From Candidatus Thorarchaeota archaeon (GTDB lineage Archaea; Asgardarchaeota; Thorarchaeia; Thorarchaeales; Thorarchaeaceae): 64,000 bases of DNA. The notes below the pieces were generated by a model. The model was not told the DNA's origin. It worked only from the letters and a program-made list of their open reading frames with translations, and did not search any database. This document shows, one piece after another, positions 59,813-64,000 of the stretch. Made by a program: the position numbers and the translations under genes. Positions within the stretch are counted from its first letter, which is position 1, and each line of letters starts with the position of its first letter. The stretch covers positions 56,483 through 120,482 of the forward strand of contig PRDH01000081.1 of assembly GCA_003345545.1 (NCBI GenBank). The letters run 5' to 3'.

Positions 59813-60922
59813 TCATCTCTTCCGCTCAATAGCCCTCCTGTAGACTTGTTCGATTTGACCAATCTGACTACTCCAAGAGTACTTCTCCTCGATCTTCTTT
59901 CTACAACGCCTTCCCATTCTCTGTCTCAGGTCTTTATCCTCTACCAAGGTCTTCATGGCATCAACGATTGCTCCAACATTCTCTGGTTCAACCAAGATTC
60001 CCTCATCTTTGTCAAGTAGTCTTACCGTTTCGCCGATTGCGGTGGTTATCACTGGGAGCCCACAACCCATTGCTTCTAGGACACTCATCCCAAGCCCCCC
60101 AATATTCTGTGGAATTACGAATGCATCCATCTTCTGCAGGACTGCAGGAATCTCATCATGATTCATGGTGCCCAACCAGCAGAGGGAGCCATCATCCACA
60201 TGACCATCAATCTGGCGTTTCAGCATGCCGTCACCGATGAGTGTGAGCTTAGTCTTCGGGTTCTCTCGATGATATATGCGAAAGGCATCTAATAATAGAT
60301 GAACACCCTTATCATAGCTCAGGCGCCCAACATATACAAAATTCACAGTTTCATCGTCTTGTTTCTTCCTGGTGTCCGGCTTGAAGAGGTTGATGTCAAC
60401 ACCGTTCTTAATCACAGATACGTTATCTTCAGAGAATCCGCTCTTGAGAAAGTATGGTTTCTGAGATGGGTCAACAAGAATGACTTCATCGTATTTTCTA
60501 CAGGCAAAGAGTGACGCTTTCCATGCTATGCCAAATAGAGCTGTATAGAGCGAGCCACCTGCTGCATAGGCAAGGTGGTAAGTGACAACAAGTGGAGGCA
60601 ATGATCTCTTGAAGTATGGCAGTATGAACTCCGTACTTCCTGAGTTCATCTGAATGTGCAGTACATCAATATGGTATTCTCTGCATTGCCTTGAAATAGC
60701 ACTCGGAGCTGCGACAGTATCAATGGAAAAATGTGGGTTCAACTGAACTGCTCTGAATCTGTGTGTTTTATCCTCAGGAAGTCCCTCCACCCGTTTGGAT
60801 TGAGTGAACGCATGTACATCATGATTCTGTTCAGTCAATCCTCTGAGGACCGCATTGGCAATGACGCAGAGCCCATCTGGAGCACCAAACTTGCTCACCA
60901 ATCCAATCCTCATTGTTATCAC
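59813..60922 (-). CDS. GT4 family glycosyltransferase
   Basis: YVGRL..DKG, LEAMGCGLPVI. Confidence 0.9.
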   Translation of the reverse strand: MITMRIGLVSKFGAPDGLCVIANAVLRGLTEQNHDVHAFTQSKRVEGLPEDKTHRFRAVQLNPHFSIDTVAAPSAISRQCREYHIDVLHIQMNSGSTEFILPYFKRSLPPLVVTYHLAYAAGGSLYTALFGIAWKASLFACRKYDEVILVDPSQKPYFLKSGFSEDNVSVIKNGVDINLFKPDTRKKQDDETVNFVYVGRLSYDKGVHLLLDAFRIYHRENPKTKLTLIGDGMLKRQIDGHVDDGSLCWLGTMNHDEIPAVLQKMDAFVIPQNIGGLGMSVLEAMGCGLPVITTAIGETVRLLDKDEGILVEPENVGAIVDAMKTLVEDKDLRQRMGRRCRKKIEEKYSWSSQIGQIEQVYRRAIERKR

Positions 60923-60976
60923 AACAACTGGTCCTTGGGTTCGATTCTATCCTCTTTTAACGTCTTCCGATACTGT

Positions 60977-61624
60977 TCAGTCGAAAAGCTCTGCTGAGGG
61001 ACAAAGGTCGTTGATGGGGCATGTTGAACATCTGGGGCGTGCCGACTTGCATGCCAGCCTACCATGTGTTCCGATGAATCGAGCATAATCAATCCATTTG
61101 TTCTTTGGCAGAAGTTGCATGAGATCCTTCTCAATCTTGTCCGGTTTCTTATCATGTTGGCTGAAACCAAGTCTTACACTGACTCTCATAACGTGAGTAT
61201 CTACTACAATGCCCTCAGCTTGTCCAAATACAACTTGAAGTACTACATTCGCGGTCTTTCGATTCACACCGGGGAGTCGAATGAGTTCGTCGAGAGTCTT
61301 AGGAACTTCCCCACCAAAATCCTCCACAAGCATTGTGGCTGTTGCCTTTATGTATGCGGACTTTCGATTGTAAGTACCACAGGAACGAATGATCTTTGCT
61401 ATACTCTCAATATCGGCATTTGCTAGACTCTCTGGATCTGGATATCTGCCAAAAAGCTCTGGAGTCGCCTTGTTTACGCCCGCATCTGTTGCTCTCGCTG
61501 ATAGAATAGTTGCTATGAGCATTTCAAATGGACTGCTGAACATCAAGTATGTTGGCGGTGCGTGAGGATATTCCTTGGCAAGTCTACGAAGAATCTCAAG
61601 AGCTCTCTCTCTTTGCTCGCTCAT
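60977..61624 (-). CDS. nth: Endonuclease III
   Basis: LPGVNRKTAN, VDTHV, C-terminal Cx6Cx2Cx5C. Confidence 0.93.
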   Translation of the reverse strand: MSEQRERALEILRRLAKEYPHAPPTYLMFSSPFEMLIATILSARATDAGVNKATPELFGRYPDPESLANADIESIAKIIRSCGTYNRKSAYIKATATMLVEDFGGEVPKTLDELIRLPGVNRKTANVVLQVVFGQAEGIVVDTHVMRVSVRLGFSQHDKKPDKIEKDLMQLLPKNKWIDYARFIGTHGRLACKSARPRCSTCPINDLCPSAELFD

Positions 61625-61690
61625 TAGTACCCCTTCAGATCTCCGGAATTCTATTGTGGTGCTTCAAATACAGTATGATTTAGTCTTATT

Positions 61691-63202
61691 CTATTCACCT
61701 ATCTGCACTTCTTGGGCTGTTTGCCCTTTTACAGTCAAGTCATAGCGAGCTATTGCTGCAAGAAGGATTATGTTTAGAATGAACACAGCAACAAAGAGAT
61801 ACAAGATACCTATTGCTTCAGAGATCATTCCTCCCACTAGAGGACCTAATGAGGAAGACAACCATACAACGATCCAAAACAGACTAAGGATCTTTGATGT
61901 ATCATGACTTGGCAGCCTCTTTCGAATGAGCACCAGAACAATGATGTACCACAATGTATCATTCACATATTTGAGAACTACCGCAAGAAATGACGTCTTG
62001 AAGATCACTCCAAGTCCAGGAATGAGAGTGTTTGCAGCAGCCGAGAATGACAGAGGTGCCCAATCAGGAATCCAGTAAGCTACAATCAATAGAGCTGCAG
62101 ATATTGGCATGATTGCATATACCAAGAGTGCCGTAGATTTCACTCCTTCTCTATCGGTGAGTCTTCCTACTTTCAGCAGGAGTGGAACCTGTATCAGAAG
62201 CGTGGCAATTAGCATGATTACCATTGATGGAATATCGATATACAGGACCTCATACATGTAGATTAGAGCACCCAGTCTGAAGAATGAGTCACTTATGCTA
62301 TCGAAGATGCACACCACAATCATTCCTGGAATTACAGATAGCAATATCCCCAGTGCTCGCCTGTTATCCTGGATGAAGGTTCTCCATAGTCTGGTTCCGG
62401 CCTCTCTCTTCTTTTGAGGACTGCTCTTCAAATAGGCTGCTCTCAGCACGGTAGAAAACAGGAGTAGGATACCACCAGCCAGGTGAAGTTGCCGGAACGC
62501 CTCGAACTCCATAAATGGATACAGCAGTCCAAAGGCTGCAAGTGTGATGATCGAAAACGTTCTGCCCGCAGTGAATAACGACAATGCAAATCCACTATGT
62601 TCTCGAGGTATGTTGTCCATTATGTATGCCGTTGAGCCGCCCTTGGTAATCTCAATAGAGGAATAAATCGCAAGAGCAACGAAAATCAGAATGGGTTCCC
62701 TGAATATCCCAATCATCAGATAATAGGTCGCCATTAGGAGCATCGATACTACTGCCAGAGTCTTACGGTTTGAAGTATCTCCCACATACCCGCCAAAGAA
62801 CCTTGCAATAGTTGATATGGCATAGGTAGCTGTGTAAATAGCGCCAATTAGAAGTAGACTTAGGTTCAAGTTCCAAAGATACAGATTGAGAAAGCTCCCG
62901 AGATATTCAAAAGCGTTGAATATCCAGGCTGTGGCTAGATATACTCTATAATTTTTCCATGAAAAAACAGCTTTCAGAGAGGCCCTAAGATTATCCTGTT
63001 GTCCCTGCCTCTCTTGAACATCCAAATGGTCCGTATCTTCGTTATGGGCTGGTAAGCGTGTCTTATCATCCAATGGATCGCTGTCCACGCTGTTGTCACT
63101 CCACGCCTCATGTTTCCGGACCACTTTCATTTTTAGTCTATCTCCGAACAACACTCTCAGCCAAGCTTCTCCAAGTCCTCTCTTGACTTGGTACTTGAGC
63201 AA
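61691..63202 (-). CDS. MFS transporter
   Basis: GGYVGDTSNRK, GRLTDREG; about 12 TM segments; start uncertain. Confidence 0.85.
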   Translation of the reverse strand: MLKYQVKRGLGEAWLRVLFGDRLKMKVVRKHEAWSDNSVDSDPLDDKTRLPAHNEDTDHLDVQERQGQQDNLRASLKAVFSWKNYRVYLATAWIFNAFEYLGSFLNLYLWNLNLSLLLIGAIYTATYAISTIARFFGGYVGDTSNRKTLAVVSMLLMATYYLMIGIFREPILIFVALAIYSSIEITKGGSTAYIMDNIPREHSGFALSLFTAGRTFSIITLAAFGLLYPFMEFEAFRQLHLAGGILLLFSTVLRAAYLKSSPQKKREAGTRLWRTFIQDNRRALGILLSVIPGMIVVCIFDSISDSFFRLGALIYMYEVLYIDIPSMVIMLIATLLIQVPLLLKVGRLTDREGVKSTALLVYAIMPISAALLIVAYWIPDWAPLSFSAAANTLIPGLGVIFKTSFLAVVLKYVNDTLWYIIVLVLIRKRLPSHDTSKILSLFWIVVWLSSSLGPLVGGMISEAIGILYLFVAVFILNIILLAAIARYDLTVKGQTAQEVQIGE

Positions 63203-63312
63203 CTAGATGTCTGTTCGAGGATATTTAGGCTCCTTATCTCATCTTATTCTCACTCTTCGAGAGACCCAATCTCTCGAATGTGAAGTTACTTTCTTTCTTG
63301 ACTACCGGCGGT

Positions 63313-63564
63313 TCACTGTTCAAACACAAGCACTTTGACCTCGCCATCTGCTGTGGGAATAGCCATCAGTCTGTGCGTGCATATGTCAGCTGTGATCACT
63401 AGGCACTCTGGAGGCGCGTGTGCTGTCATGAGGTTTCTAACTGCAAGCTCAAGATTGATTGCAGTCAATCTAACAACCTCTGGGTCAGTAAACGGATCCA
63501 CTTCGCGGCCTGTTTCGGCAGTCATAATGTTTTCAAGTACTGGCTCGATTCTTTCAGTTATCAT
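63313..63564 (-). CDS. Hypothetical protein
   Basis: MITERIEP... with AGGAG SD. Confidence 0.6.
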   Translation of the reverse strand: MITERIEPVLENIMTAETGREVDPFTDPEVVRLTAINLELAVRNLMTAHAPPECLVITADICTHRLMAIPTADGEVKVLVFEQ

Positions 63565-64000
63565 TTGTTTTTTCTCCTTTTTACTACACGGATTTGTCCG
63601 CGTCTTTGAACTACCATGGTTCTGGTAATTCATCACCTGGCTTTTGATTCATTCTGGTTTTTCTCCTCCTGCTCATGTTCTCTTTCGATTTTGTGAATGG
63701 TTGGCGTTAGGCTCCTACTTTGACTCCGGAAGCCATGCTAGGATCCTATCGCCAGTCTCTGTTGTTTTGTCTAGGTGAACTCTCACACTGCAGAGAATGG
63801 CTAAGAATCTCATACCAACCAATGTCCAGCAACGAGAATCTTCAATCGCTGTTCGCTCACATGTGTGCTTGATTCCGATTACCATGTCTAGTATCCACTA
63901 GAATGGGCACGGATCTTCGCACGGTGGCTGAACAACGGTTGAGATACCGCGCACGACACCAATTGATAGTAACTCCAATGCGGCACGATTCTTGGTCATG

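Noticed and set aside
63640-64000. Partial gene at the window end
   Set aside because: No convincing open frame or motif was found.

Overview
Archaeal chromosomal window, probably Asgard/Thorarchaeia-like (inferred from the divergent stand-alone 16S gene and the gene repertoire; not verified by search). It carries housekeeping genes (valS, aminopeptidase N, tRNA-Ala, korAB, P5C dehydrogenase, tkt, sufCB, serS, nth) and one 16S rRNA gene (10389-11950) with no 23S after it. Main discovery: the ~110-nt 3' trailer of the 16S gene, which base-pairs with the 16S 5' leader, is repeated about 13 times in direct orientation from 12.0 to 26.7 kb, with a remnant at 31.4 kb. The copies separate small cassettes of 1-3 genes: five toxin-antitoxin pairs, GNATs, and membrane or beta-propeller proteins. 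This looks like an rRNA-anchored, integron-like cassette array with no integrase in the window. One copy keeps an orphan 16S 3' end. The 16S gene (two introns), that orphan fragment and tRNA-Ala each carry bulge-helix-bulge (BHB) introns of exactly 30 nt. Also present: a 176-177 bp structured mobile element in two copies (both 3' of CAGGG), a duplicated ~140-nt covarying structured RNA behind a palindromic operator that recurs five times, and several unannotated micropeptide ORFs.
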